A stretch of DNA of 62,782 nt, the filler included, from Reclinomonas americana ATCC 50394 (lineage: Eukaryota), in NCBI GenBank assembly GCA_048213135.1. It is 47 parts of 47 records of this genome, joined end to end, with 100 filler letters (N's around TTAATTAATTAA, not from the genome) between each part and the next. Parts side by side here need not be neighbours in the genome. Positions count along the whole stretch, not along the records: positions 9,406 to 10,648 come from AFZH01026013.1; positions 10,749 to 11,992 come from AFZH01026014.1; positions 12,093 to 13,335 come from AFZH01026017.1; positions 13,436 to 14,678 come from AFZH01026018.1; positions 14,779 to 16,022 come from AFZH01026019.1; positions 16,123 to 17,365 come from AFZH01026021.1; positions 17,466 to 18,707 come from AFZH01026022.1; positions 18,808 to 20,047 come from AFZH01026023.1; 39 more parts are not named here. One strand, 5' to 3'. Position numbers and translations under genes: made by a program. The notes under the pieces were generated by a model, which saw nothing but the letters and a program-made list of their open reading frames with translations, was not told where the DNA came from and ran no database searches. Below are positions 10,458 to 22,825 of the stretch, in pieces (within the stretch, counting starts at the first letter, position 1; every line of letters starts with the position of its first letter).

Positions 10458-10887
10458 CTGGAGAGAGAGTACGGAGTCAGCAACACAGCTCTTGTATCTC
10501 TATTGAGATTAGCCTTTACTGATGATGAAGAGACAATTACCGCATCCAGAAGACTGCTGCCAGAGGAAGTCTCACCTCCCACACATCGCAAAATACACAC
10601 GAAGAACTGACAGCACAGCACTTACACTCCTTCCTCTCTCTCTCTCTCNNNNNNNNNNNNNNNNNNNNNNNNNNNNNNNNNNNNNNNNNNNNTTAATTAA
10701 TTAANNNNNNNNNNNNNNNNNNNNNNNNNNNNNNNNNNNNNNNNNNNNCTCGCGCGTGCGTGACAATGCCGCGCGCGAGCCTTGGGGCGGACAAACATAT
10801 TTTACAGCGTTTGTTGGTGAGCGAAACCTGGTGTGCGCCTTTCTGTGTCTGTGTGTGCTTGCTGACCATCGCTGTGTGCAGATTACA

Positions 10888-11589
10888 ATGAGCGATTACC
10901 AAGCTGAAGATGTGAGTGTTTTATTTCTTTTGCTCTTTTTTTGTTTGCTCGTGTGTGTGTGCTCTTTTGTGTCTGTTGTTGAAGTAGAATGAGGAGCAGT
11001 GCATGCTGATCTCTCTTGCTCTCTCTCTCTGTCGCAGTTCAACCCCAACTCGTACGCCCCGGTGAACCTCAATGGTGAGTCACCACCATGATCACGCCTT
11101 TTCCTCCTCTTCTTGCTTGTCCTTCTCACTCTCATACTCACGTCCCTCTGTTCCGCATGTTGCACAGGCGCCACTGGCGGCATTAGCATTGTGCCGTTTC
11201 GTTTAAACCTTGCGATTTTTCTGAGTGTGAGAACTCGCTCGCAATCAGCATTATTCTCACACGCTTTTTTCTCGCGCTTTTTATTTCCGTTTCCCTGCCG
11301 CCACACACAGTGCTGAGGTGCGTTGCATGTGTGTATACGTACTGAGTGGAAAGAGCAGAGAGGAGAGACAGTTTTAAGTGCTTGTATTTGTCATGCGTCT
11401 CATCGGTCCCTTGATTGTGCGAGTAGGGCGAGGTGTTTGTGCACGGCCACAACATCGACGATCACATTACGCTGACGGGCGATGGCCGGTTGCGTTTGAT
11501 TGCTCTTATTTGTATTTATCGTCGCTTTTGTGTTCAACTGGTGTGCTGCGCGCAGCGTCGAGGGCGTGACCATCCACTACAACGTCTAA
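10888..11589 (+). CDS. Putative 63-aa protein from six coding exons, including a 7-nt micro-exon
   Basis: join(10888-10911,11038-11074,11168-11195,11311-11317,11427-11488,11556-11589); all introns GT-AG and frame preserved from ATG to TAA. Confidence 0.45.
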
Positions 11590-11678
11590 TCAGTGAGCAA
11601 GAGGATGGCTCGGGGGGAGTTCGTAAACGCTCTTCTCCTTGTACTGCAACGTGCATTTTCCTTCTCACTCATCCGCAC

Positions 11679-11893
11679 TGATGACCAAGACCAACCGTAT
11701 CCAAGCACCAGTCTTGAGGACAGCAGAGCACCAAGAGGAACACGCACAGGCACTCGTCTGCTCACTCCCGTCTGCCACTGACGCCATGCTCGCTCGGCCA
11801 GCACTGACATGGTGCACAGGTGTGTTGTTGCTGTCGGAGCTTCGAACACGTCGGGACTGCAATTTGCCTCGCACGACAGCGAGGTTGAACAGC
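11679..11893 (-). mobile_element. Diverged copy of the retrotransposon 3' end
   Basis: tgatgaccaag..caaccgtatccaa..cacca.tcttgagg and tcggagct.cgaaca.gtcg...ctgc.at...gcg.ggttga.cag align collinearly with 4085-4230. Confidence 0.6.
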
Positions 11894-11925
11894 ACCATGG
11901 CACACAGCCTTTTGATTGCGCAGCT

Positions 11926-11984
<59 letters not shown>

Positions 11985-12422
11985 CGTCTCGTNNNNNNNN
12001 NNNNNNNNNNNNNNNNNNNNNNNNNNNNNNNNNNNNTTAATTAATTAANNNNNNNNNNNNNNNNNNNNNNNNNNNNNNNNNNNNNNNNNNNNATTGAGGA
12101 GAGAGGAAACAACACGAGACGAGGGCAAACGAGTGAAAACGAGAGGACGTGAACGTAGAAGAGCGGACTGATTGGAGAAAGAGGAAACGAGTGAGAGGCA
12201 ACTGATGACGGGACGAGGAGAGTGGTAACCAGATTAACAAGAAGAGACGAATGGAGACGATTGACAGTGAAGGGAAAAGAGTGGAAAAAGAAAGATGAGT
12301 GCAACGATTGGAAATAGGAGAGGCGAGTAGAGAAGAGAGATTAGGTCAAGCGAAAGAAAACTAGAGGAAACCGCACATACAACAAAGGCATGCAGACAGC
12401 ACAGATGACAACAAGCACATAC

Positions 12423-12826
12423 CGAAGACGAGGACTTGTTCGTTGACGAGCTCATCCACTCCTTTGGACCACGCACAGGCGCCGTCTGTCCGTCCAGCGT
12501 GAATGCCGCCGACAGATTGGTGTACATGGCAATGTAGTCTGCGCAGAAGAAAATTAATACATGCATCACCACAACAATGAATTGGGGACAGCTGAAGCAA
12601 ACGCACTGGTGATGACACTGGAGAAAGCGGCTGTGCCGAGTGCCGAGCAGCGCAGCGACAGCGTCGTCTTGGTGACGCTCGGGTATGAGCAAGCAATGTT
12701 GGTGTCGTATTGGGCGACGTTGCTCAGAGTGGTGATGCCGACCAGCACACGAGGAATGCCGGGGAAGGCGTTGGGGAAGGTGTGGACAATGTTGGCCGTG
12801 CGCGGGACGGTGTTGACAGCCATCTA
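12423..12826 (-). CDS. H-type lectin-like domain protein (exons)
   Basis: HTFPNAFPGIPRVLVGITTL...NIACSYPSVTKTTLSL fits the F...F...P.V.V..+..+ pattern of H-type lectins. Confidence 0.6.
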
Positions 12827-13435
12827 TGAGGGGAGAAGACACAGTGAGAAGACAAGGGAGGGGAATGGAGGGGAGGGGAAGGGCAAGAAGAAAAAAGAAA
12901 GGAAAAGGAGGAAGAAGAAAGGAAAGATGAAGAAGACAAGAGAAGGAAGAAGAATAGAATCAAGTAAGGGCGCAAGCAAGAAAGTAACAGAGAAGGAAGA
13001 GTCCAGGGACAAGAGAGATGCATAATGCAAGAAACACAGAGAAATAATCAAACAAGACGCACTGCTGTTTCACTCTGTCACATATACAGTCCGTCGTTGA
13101 ATGCGGCATACGGAAAATAACAAAATTACCATCGACTCGTTATCAAAGAGGAACAGCAAGAGCAAAGCAGAGCCTCACTCTCCGCTTCCTCCCTGTATCT
13201 CTCTCTCTATGCAGAGATGACAGTCACAACACACCGATAGTCCACTGCCACAACAGAGAAAAACCCAGAACAACGGACCAACAGCACGCTTGAACCTCTC
13301 CTGCACAGGCTCTCTCTCTCTCTCTCTCTCTCTCTNNNNNNNNNNNNNNNNNNNNNNNNNNNNNNNNNNNNNNNNNNNNTTAATTAATTAANNNNNNNNN
13401 NNNNNNNNNNNNNNNNNNNNNNNNNNNNNNNNNNN

Positions 13436-14447
13436 TTGCCACGTACAAGGTCGCTTACTTGCCGCAGGTCCAGTTCGTCTTCCGCGTCGTAAAGCCGCAG
13501 CGCGGGTAGTATCTGCTCGGCAAGCTGGCGAGCCTGATCGGTGCGACCGGCGGCCTTGAGTGCCGCGATGAGCTTGACCTGTTCGCGGAGAACTTCCGTG
13601 TCGATGGTGTGGTAGCCGAGGTCGAGGAGAGTGCGTATGGAGCGGTGGAGGAGCTCGGCCACGCGAAGCCAGGCCGCGGGGGAGTCGGCGTTGGCGTTGT
13701 GCAGGCGTGCCAGCTCGTTGAGGCAGTGTGCCAGGCGTGGACTGCGCGGGGCGAGCGCGCGGTCGAGCAGGTCGAGGCATTTGGTGAGGAGCACGATGCG
13801 CTGGGAGTCGGAGGAGGAGGAGGAGGTGGCACGCTGTTGTCATGATGAGGGTCAGCCGGTGACGTATAAAGGGGGGCGGGGAAGGAGAATTCAACGACGC
13901 ACGTTCCAGCAGTCGTGCGCGGTAAAGAGGCGCGACTCAATGTCGGCCAGCAGCGTGACGGCCCCACATCGCGCACATACCAGGTGGTCCTCGATGGCTG
14001 CAGTGCACGAGTAGAAATTGTGAGGCTTCATAGGCGGTCGCATAACAGGAGGGGAAAAAAGAGAACGCAACGCGAAGTGACCATGATCTCGTCCATACCG
14101 CGCCCCAGTGACGCGCTGCACGCGGGGCACTTGACCTGGTTGACATCGGACGGACTGCGCAATGGTGAGGAGACGCACACAACCTGCGCGGAAAGGAACA
14201 GATGCACACACCGACTGCATGCGTCGCACTCGCAACGAAAGAGATACTGGGACGCCAGCTGTGCGCGTCGCGTCTCACTGCGTTTCTCCTTGCACACATG
14301 CGGTCCGTAGGTGATCAGCACCTCGTCACCGGCTTGCATGCTCGGCGCAGTGCCGACCACGGTGAGGTAGCGTGAGCGCTCGAACTGCACTCGTGCGTTC
14401 GGGAGGCAGGAATGGTTGATGCGCGAGGCCGTTGCGTACAAGGCCTT
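13436..14447 (-). CDS. SET/MYND-type lysine methyltransferase (SMYD4-like), C-terminal half
   Basis: ALYATASRINHSCLPN...GDEVLITYGP...RRAQLASQYLFRCECDAC, a further CxxC pair and a TPR-like tail. Confidence 0.9.
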
Positions 14448-14778
14448 TAATATCACGCGTTAGCAAACAGAAAAAGGATGAGGAGAAGAAGAGGGAGAAG
14501 AGGAGATAAGGAGGAGGGGGTGGAGGGGAGGGGAGGAAAGAGAAAGAGGAAGAGGAGGAGGAGGAGGAGGAGGAGAGGAGGACGAGTGAGGAGGAGGAGG
14601 GGGACGGAGGGAGGAAGGAGAGGGAGAGGGAGAGGGAGGAGGGAGGAGGGAGGAGGGAGGAGGGAGGAGGGAGAGGAGNNNNNNNNNNNNNNNNNNNNNN
14701 NNNNNNNNNNNNNNNNNNNNNNTTAATTAATTAANNNNNNNNNNNNNNNNNNNNNNNNNNNNNNNNNNNNNNNNNNNN

Positions 14779-16022
14779 TCGCGCTCGCGCTGAGCAGATG
14801 CAATCCGCTCGTCTTGCTCGCGATTTTGTTTCTGCACCAAAAGCAGTTAGCGGCAGAGCAACAACAATCAGAACAGTGACAATAAGAAAAAACGCACCAC
14901 AAAGTGTGCTTGCTGCTCCTTGAGTCGAGCAAGCTCGGCCTTGGCGTCGTTGACACGCGGGCCGACCAGGTCAATGTCGTCGCGGAGCTTGCGGTTGCGC
15001 TCCTCGTACTTTTCAAGGTTGCGGCGGATCTCGTCCAGGTTGACTGGGTTCTCCACTGGCGGCGAGATGGGCGCCAGCATCGGCTCCGGCAGTGGCAGCG
15101 AGTCCTTCTCGCGCATGTGCGTTGGCGAGCGTGGCGACTCGCTAAAGGAGCCCGAGTCGCCACCTGGGCTCACTGGGCTCGAGCGAGCACCATTGACACC
15201 CAGTGTGGCCGAGCGCAACCGGTCGCTTCCCGAGGCACCGCCCGACTTGGGTGAGGCACCCGTCACTTGTCCGACGCTGCTCACCGAGCCGAAGCGCGGC
15301 CGTGACGAAGGACTTGACGAGGCGGCCGCGGCCGCGCCCACCGAACCCCAACCACCCGACTTGGGTGGCACACTCGACGGTGAGCCCTTGACCGAGCCTG
15401 ACGCCGGCCGACCTCCTGCCGCCGCCATGTCGGCCTGCGATTGCCGACGCACCAACCGCTGCGCCTCCTCCACAGCCGACGACGGCACCTTGACGCGACG
15501 GTTGCCACCCGAGTAGCCCTGTTAGGGGGAGAAGGTTAGTACTTGATAACATGTGGCTTGGTGAATCGACACAAACCTTCAAGCTGATAATCAAGCGAAT
15601 GCCAAAGCGCAAGTACAGCAGCGCAATGACCCACTTGTCACGTGTCGGCTTGTCACCGACATCCACATCGAGCGTTCTGTCTTCCGTGACGACCGAGAAG
15701 CACGTGTCGTTCATCGACGGTGAATCCACAAAACCCGCTGTGTTCTTGAAGGCTGGTGTCTGCACGCCCGGCAGCACCGTGTAGATCGACGCAATCTCCA
15801 AATAGCCGCGCAGCTTGCGCTCATTTGATCCCCACTGCGCAAACGCAGTCAGCAATCACGAGACGATGCGAGGAAGAGGGTGAGATAAGGAGAGTGCGCA
15901 CCCGCAGCAGTGTCCGATCGTCGCTCAACGCCATGAATCGCTGATGAGGCGCACCGCCATGGAAAATGTACTTGGTGATCTTGGAGCCACGCTTGGCAAA
16001 CGTCACCGCATCCTCCGCCTAC
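14779..16022 (-). CDS. PH-domain protein (PLC-type PH) with disordered linker and coiled coil (partial)
   Basis: KRGSKITKY...PHQRFMALSDDRTLLR|W...IYTVLPGVQTPAF...CFSVVTEDRTLDV...RDKWVIAL. Confidence 0.8.
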
Positions 16023-16122
16023 NNNNNNNNNNNNNNNNNNNNNNNNNNNNNNNNNNNNNNNNNNNNTTAATTAATTAANNNNNNNNNNNNNNNNNNNNNN
16101 NNNNNNNNNNNNNNNNNNNNNN

Positions 16123-17325
16123 TGTCGTGGCTGCGGCTGCGGCTGCTGCGATTGCTGCTGCGGCGGCGGCCGAGGCAAAGAAGAGCGTGCGGTTGCCGTC
16201 GCTGCGGCAGGTGGTGCAGAGTCGGTTGGAGCGCTACAAGCAGAACCCGGTGGAGTGTCGACAGTTTCTGGAGCGTGTGCAGGAGATGGAGAATGAGCTG
16301 CGGCGGGAGCACTTGGCGCTCGGCAAGCACAACTATCCCGTGTATAACAAGCACAAGGCGTTTGAGTGGACGGCAGATTATTGGTCGTCGCAGATGGCGG
16401 AGCAAGTTGCGTGCGCGAGGCGGCTGGCAGTCGCGCGTTTTTTTTTGTGTTCTTACCCGGCCCGCCGCCGCCACTGCGCAGGCGAGGTTACGCGATGAGC
16501 AACTGGAGGCGGCGCTGGAGCGGCGAGTGGAGCACGAGACCGAGTACATGCAGTCGGTGATGCACGATGTGCAAGAGCATGAGGAGAAGCGGGAGCATGC
16601 AGTGGAGATGCAGGAGCTCATCATTTATCGGCGGCGAATGCACACGTGCACCAAGCGGTGGCTGTCGATTCTCAACTTTCAGCGTCGCCTCGAGATGTTT
16701 GCTCTCAAGCTCAAGGTAAGCACGAGGCCTACGCGGAGGGAGAATGAGAGAGGAAGGGAGTCCTCATTCGCCGGCTGCAGAAAAACCGAATTGTGCGCAC
16801 GGTATTGCGGCGCATGATTTACGCCGTCAAGCTTTTCAAGACAGTGCTTCTCCCGACGATTCGCATGAAGCGACGCATTCGGGAGGAACGAGCGTGGAGG
16901 ATGTTGAGAAAGTGCGTAGCGTATGGCGAGTCAGCGCTCCGTTACGCGCCCATGCTGACACCTTGTGAGCAGGAACTATTGGCTGTTCGCCATGAACTAC
17001 CGCATTCGACGCAAGCGGCGCGCCGTCAAGGCCGTTGCCCCGTTCCTGGTCAATGTGGCGCGTTTGATCAAGTTTACACACTCTGTGCGATCGTTCAAGC
17101 GCCACTGTTGCGTTTTTGAGCGGGCTGGTGAATGTGTGCTACTGTTCGACTCCCGCTCACTTCTTACATACAGTCAAGCTGCGCAACGACTGCTTGCGTC
17201 GCTGGGTGTCGCGAGTGCGCGCACTGCAACGACTCAACGTGATCAAGGTGATGTGCGTGCTGCGCGCCATGCTCGTGCCACTCAACGACACCGTCGCCGC
17301 ACCAGTCGACTGGCCCTCCGCGGCG
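16123..17325 (+). CDS. Multi-exon basic/helical protein of unknown function
   Basis: Frame-consistent exons separated by short GT-AG introns (donors at 16406, 16715 and 17107). Confidence 0.6.
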
Positions 17326-18335
17326 GTGTGTGCCTATTCCTCTCCCTCTCTCTCTCTCTCCACCTNNNNNNNNNNNNNNNNNNNNNNNNNNNNNNNNNNN
17401 NNNNNNNNNTTAATTAATTAANNNNNNNNNNNNNNNNNNNNNNNNNNNNNNNNNNNNNNNNNNNNGGGGGAAGGGAAGGGAAGAGAGACGTGCAGAGAGT
17501 ATGGTCAAGGAAGGCGAGCGAAGGATGTCTTGAGAGTGAAGGAAAAAGAGGAACAGGGGAAGGGAGTAGAAGAGAATGGGAGAGGGAATTGTCGTAGAAG
17601 GGAGCGGGTAAAGGACCAGGTGTAGATGTAAGTGGTGAACGGCGGAGAGCGGAGGTGTTGTGAAGGAAGTATGGGGTGAAGCGCAAGAGTGGAGGCTTTG
17701 AGAGGGAGGAAGAGTTATGGGGAACGGTGAGGAGCAGAGCAGCGGTATCCAGGGGAAACAGGCATGCAGTGAGCGTCAGGAAGGCAGCATTGTAAGGAAT
17801 GAATGGACAGGCTTTTGGTGGCATGAGAGGTGAAATAGCTGTGGGGGGGAAGGATGAAGTGCAGAGCAGCGATGTCACGGGGGAAACGAGGAAGGGCGAC
17901 AAACCAGGAGCACACAAGGCAGCGACATCAGAAGTTTTCAGTTCAGGCCTAGAGTGAAGCGAACATTGTCGCGAGTTGTGAGGAGACGGTGAAGTGTGCT
18001 GGAGGTGTTTCGACGCCACTTTCAAGGCATGTGGTCTGTCGTTCTTGCCCGTTTTCGGCTGTGCAGATCGTCCTTTCTCTCCAGAGACGTGTGCTTGTCC
18101 TTGTTGATTCTCCCTCCCTTTTTTTCTTTGTTTCTCTGTTCGTGGTATATATTATGCTCGGTGTGCACTGTGAGACACGGGAATTTGTGAGTGGTGCTGA
18201 CGACAATTGCGGATGCATGTACAGCAACGAATGCCGGTTGTTCAGCTGTGCAGAACGGAGTTGTGGCTCGTTGCGTTACTTGAGTGCTCCTGGTTGCGCA
18301 ATCCTCTGCGGTCTCACTCGCACACGCACCGATTA

Positions 18336-18707
18336 GCGGCATTGGAGGTGTGCCAGTTCGAGGCCGTGGATCGTCCTGGCGGCACGATCCTCTCTGTGAT
18401 GCCTTCTGTTGCCAGCGAGGTCGGGTGCTGCGAATTGTGCGACCGTTCTACACAGTGTCGATCGTGGACCTTTCTGGATGCTGCGGCGGCATCAAACACG
18501 TATGGCGTGAGTGTGTGCACGCTGAAGGTACGTGATTGAAGAAGGGGTTTGTGAGAGGCAGGGTGTCTCATCTTCTCCATTTTTGCATGCAGAGCACCGT
18601 GCCAGCGACAGCAGCCAATGCAGAGACGAGCAACGTGTGTGGCTCGCATTTCTGTTTGGTGTCGGGACGCAAGACGAGTGTGGCGGCGTACGACAGCAGC
18701 GGCTTCC
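18336..18707 (+). CDS. PAN/Apple domain-containing secreted protein (exons)
   Basis: CQFEAVDRPGGTI...GCCELCDRSTQCRSWTF...VCTLK, the canonical PAN cysteine pattern. Confidence 0.8.
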
Positions 18708-18807
18708 NNNNNNNNNNNNNNNNNNNNNNNNNNNNNNNNNNNNNNNNNNNNTTAATTAATTAANNNNNNNNNNNNNNNNNNNNNNNNNNNNNNNNNNNNN
18801 NNNNNNN

Positions 18808-20047
18808 CCTTCGTTCCCGCGCACGCTGTGTTGACTATGAGCGGTGGCACCTCTGGTGTCCACGACGCGCCCTCACTGGAGAGCTCAGTGGCGAGCGAGG
18901 TCGTCGCCAGTGTTCTCACCGGTCGGATCTCGCCCTTTGCTCCCACTCGCCACACCAGCAAACACACCAACGATGATGAGCATGAGGCCGACGATGACGA
19001 TGATGATGAGGACGGGTTCAACTATGATGACGATGACGATGATGACGACGAGCAGCAGCAGAGTGTGCCTCCGCGAACAGCTGTTCCTGTGCGTTGCGAT
19101 TGGCGCGAAAAACGCTCACACACATGCGTGATCAGTGCTCTCATTATGTGTGTGTGTTTGAGATGGGCAGGCGCTGTTGAGTAAGAGTGTGAGGCCGCCG
19201 CCATTGGCGCTGGTGAGCACGCCGACACCGATGACGCCGACGCCGTCGGTGGCGTCCACTGCGGCCTCGTCCATGTTTACTCCGCGATTGATGATGACAC
19301 CGAGACCGCTCGCGCGCTCAGTTGCGATGAACATATGCGTGTGTGTATATGTGTCTCCCATTGTGCGCGCACACAGCACGTGTGTATAAGCGAACAGTGT
19401 TGGAGATAGAGAGCGAGAGAATGAGATAGCAACGGAGGTGTCACATCTTGTCCTCGTTCCTTTGTGTCGTGCGTGCTTGTCGTGCTTGTGTATGAGAGAG
19501 GGAAAGAGAGAGAGGGAGGGAAAGAGAGTGTGTGTTGTGCGTGTGTGTGTGCGCGTGCGTTGGGCATGCTCGCTCACATGGAATTTGTTCTCTGTCGCAG
19601 CCGCAGACTCGTCGTGCGGTGCCGGCTGGCGAAAAGCATCACCTGACGTGCGTCCGTCCATCCACGATCCTCTGTATGTTGTACTCGTGCCTCACGCGCC
19701 CCTCCGCCTGCACAGCTTGTTGGACAAGTTGCGTGCGGTGCGCGATGTGCAGTTGGCGCGGATCGAGGACGATGCGGAGCACCAGCTGGAGGCGCGCCTG
19801 TATGTGCCGCACTTGTGTGCGGTGGCGCCTGCGTCGCCGACCACGTTGCAGCCGTTTGGCACGGTGCATTATCCTGTTATCGCGGCCGATCGTTGAGTTG
19901 TCTCTTCCGCCCGCGCACACCACCCACGTCGTCTGCGAAGACTCTCACACACCCTGTAGAAACCGCACAAGCTCCCTCTGCGGGCGCTGCCACACCGTCG
20001 GCCAGCGTGGGTCCGCAGTGGTCGTCCGAGCTCTCGCCCAGTGCCGG
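18808..20047 (+). CDS. Multi-exon low-complexity protein of unknown function
   Basis: Acidic and Pro/Thr-rich exons and an LLDKLRAVRD...EARL helical exon linked by GT-AG introns. Confidence 0.45.
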
Positions 20048-20147
20048 NNNNNNNNNNNNNNNNNNNNNNNNNNNNNNNNNNNNNNNNNNNNTTAATTAAT
20101 TAANNNNNNNNNNNNNNNNNNNNNNNNNNNNNNNNNNNNNNNNNNNN

Positions 20148-20190
<43 letters not shown>

Positions 20191-20254
20191 AACTACTCAC
20201 TCTCTCTCTCCCTCTCCCTCGCCTTCTCCCTCTCCCTCCTCTCTCTCTCTATCG

Positions 20255-20286
<32 letters not shown>

Positions 20287-20420
20287 TACACACAGAGAGA
20301 GAGAGAGCAGGATGTAGCGACTATCTCGCCCTCCTTCCTTGCTTCTTCCCTCATCCTTCTTCCCCTCATCCCCCCTTTCCCTCATCTCCCCTTCCCCCTT
20401 CCCCCCTTTCCCTTTTCAGG

Positions 20421-21082
20421 CACCTCCCTCCCCCCTGCCACCCCTCCACCTCCCCCCACCTCCTCCCCCCCACCCGCCGCTTCCTCATCGGCGGCGGCTT
20501 CCGCGGCGGCCGCTTCAACAACCAACTCCGCGACGTGGCCTCCCTCTACGCCCTCGCCGCCGCCACCAACCGCATCGCCGTCGTCTTCCCCTTTGCGCAG
20601 CAAGTCGACGGCGTGCACACCTCCATTCGCGACCTGCTCGACATGAACGCACTCAACGACAACGGTGCGAGTGAGTGTGCAGTGATGGACGACGAGGCGT
20701 TCAGGCCGCTGCTCGAGGCGCAGTTGGCGGCCGGGGCGTGGAATTCCACCGTCCCGTGTCGCCGCTCCGACGGTCTGGTGTTTGTCGATCGGGCGGCCGT
20801 GCGTCGCTGGCGCCTGCGATGCGATCCGGCGTCGGCGAGCCCCTCGCCCGTCGTGCCCAAGTCGGGACACAGCACGCCGCTCGAGGATATGCGCAAGTGG
20901 ATTGACGAGTGTTGCGTGTGGCGTGATGGGTGGAAGTTGGGGAGAGGGAGGTGCTGACGGGTTGTGGTGCAGATGGCGACGCGCCTGTCATTTTCGTGGG
21001 ATCTCTGTACCGGCTGGCGATTTCGCATGATGCGTTCTTTGCGCGGTTGCGGCCGTCAAAGGCGATTTTGGAGGAAGTCAAT
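20421..21082 (+). CDS. O-fucosyltransferase-like (GT-B) glycosyltransferase, partial
   Basis: GGRFNNQLRDVASLYALAAATNRIAVVFP (G..NQ...A...NR..V.P motif) and, after intron 20911-20972, ...FFARLRPSKAILEEV. Confidence 0.7.
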
Positions 21083-21492
21083 GTGAGCAACAGAAGGGAG
21101 AACGAGAGAGTGCATCGCCACTGATTTGCATTCTGTTACTCTCGCACATCTATCTCTGCGCTTCTTCATTTGCTCGACTCTGCACGCTGCTTTCACAAAC
21201 GCTTCTTTTTCTGCACGTATTGTTTTGTCTCAATGTCCTCTCTACCTCCTCAACCCGTCTCGTGTTCACTTGACGCACATCCCGTGCGTATGCCAGTTGT
21301 CGCACATTTCTTCCACTCTGAATCTCGGTTTTCTGTCGGTCCTCTTCATCCACTATCCGCTCGTCGGCGCCTCTCTCTCTCTCTCTNNNNNNNNNNNNNN
21401 NNNNNNNNNNNNNNNNNNNNNNNNNNNNNNTTAATTAATTAANNNNNNNNNNNNNNNNNNNNNNNNNNNNNNNNNNNNNNNNNNNNCGAATG

Positions 21493-21700
21493 TTACAAGA
21501 GCGAGTGAGCGGTTGTACAACACTGAATGGATACAAGGACGACGGTAGGACATCCATACAAAGTTGGGGCAGGGGGTAACGAGAGCGAGTGAGAGGTTGC
21601 ATACCAATGAATGGATACAACGACGACGGTTGGATACCCATGCGAAAAGTGGGGGAAGGGGATAACGAGAGCGAGTGAGAGCGTCCATACAATAAGTGGG
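21493..21700. repeat. Tandem repeat with an approximately 85-bp unit (2 full copies + 1 partial)
   Basis: gagcgagtgag anchors at 21499, 21583 and 21669; tgaatggatacaa.gacgacggt shared between full copies. Confidence 0.85.
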
Positions 21701-21879
21701 GAAGAAGACCACTGACGGTGTGCGTCGGCACGGACTCGAATGCAGATGAGCACAATGAACACGCAACACTACAGACGCACGCTCCTTGCCAAAGACGGGA
21801 CTCACGAGTAGGAGACGGAGAGCGAAAGAAAGAGAAACATCCCACACGCGCCGTTCACGTTCCCAGGTGGGGGCACACG

Positions 21880-22725
21880 CATACATCTGCCTGCGCATCT
21901 ACGAACCTCAAGTCGACCCTGCCGCACAGACGTCAGCGAGTGCTGCATCATCTCTCCGGCAAGATCCGAGCAAAAGTCCCAAACACGCTGGCAGAATGTC
22001 TCTTCTGAGTCGTCATCGCCGAAAAGCTGCGCAGAGTTTCAATTGTGAGACGGCGCAGGGAAGGGAAAGAGAAGGGGGAAGAGAAGGGGGAAGAGTGAGG
22101 AGGAAGAGAAGGGGGAAGAGAAGGGGGAGGAGAAGGGAGAAGAGAAAGGGGAAGCAAAGGAAGAAGCACAAGGGGGAAGAGAAGGGGGAAGAGTGAGGAG
22201 GAAAAGAAGGAGGAAGAGAAGGGGGAAGAGAAGGGAGAAGTCTCTCTCTCTCTCTCTCACCTGCCGAACGTTCACACGATGATGCTCAAACTCCCAGCGC
22301 AATTTGTGCTTGGCAAAAGCCTCGTACAACCGCGCACGGTCACTCGCGTCATTGGCAAACCGCCAACGTCGGTTCCCATCCGCTCCAAATCCCCCATGAC
22401 CAACACAATCATGTTCAACATCAGGGGCTATTGTGGGAAGGGGGTGGGGGAGAGGAGAGAAATGAGAACAATGGAGGTGAGAAAACGGTCTTTTGCATTT
22501 CCGACTCACCGACGTGGCCAGTCCGTCCAGTCCTGGTGTACGCTCAATTTGCTGCTTGAGCTGCTGCCAGGTGCGCGGATGACTCGCACGTGACTCTACA
22601 AATCTGCTCGCTGCAATCATGAGACAAGAATCAATAAGAGTAATGGCGTGCGCTGTCACTCAACTTTTGCAGAAACATGTCAATGTCCTCCTTTGAGAAC
22701 AGCCGCAACATGCATCGGGCCAGCG
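21880..22725 (-). CDS. Multi-exon protein of unknown function
   Basis: Coding-like exons (HPRTWQQLKQQIER..., RWRFANDASDRARLYEAFAKHKLRWEFEHH) bounded by GT-AG introns. Confidence 0.45.
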
Positions 22726-22825
22726 NNNNNNNNNNNNNNNNNNNNNNNNNNNNNNNNNNNNNNNNNNNNTTAATTAATTAANNNNNNNNNNNNNNNNNNN
22801 NNNNNNNNNNNNNNNNNNNNNNNNN

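Noticed and set aside
21493..21700. CRISPR array
   Set aside because: The whole unit is similar between copies, with no unique spacers; eukaryotic contig; no cas genes.
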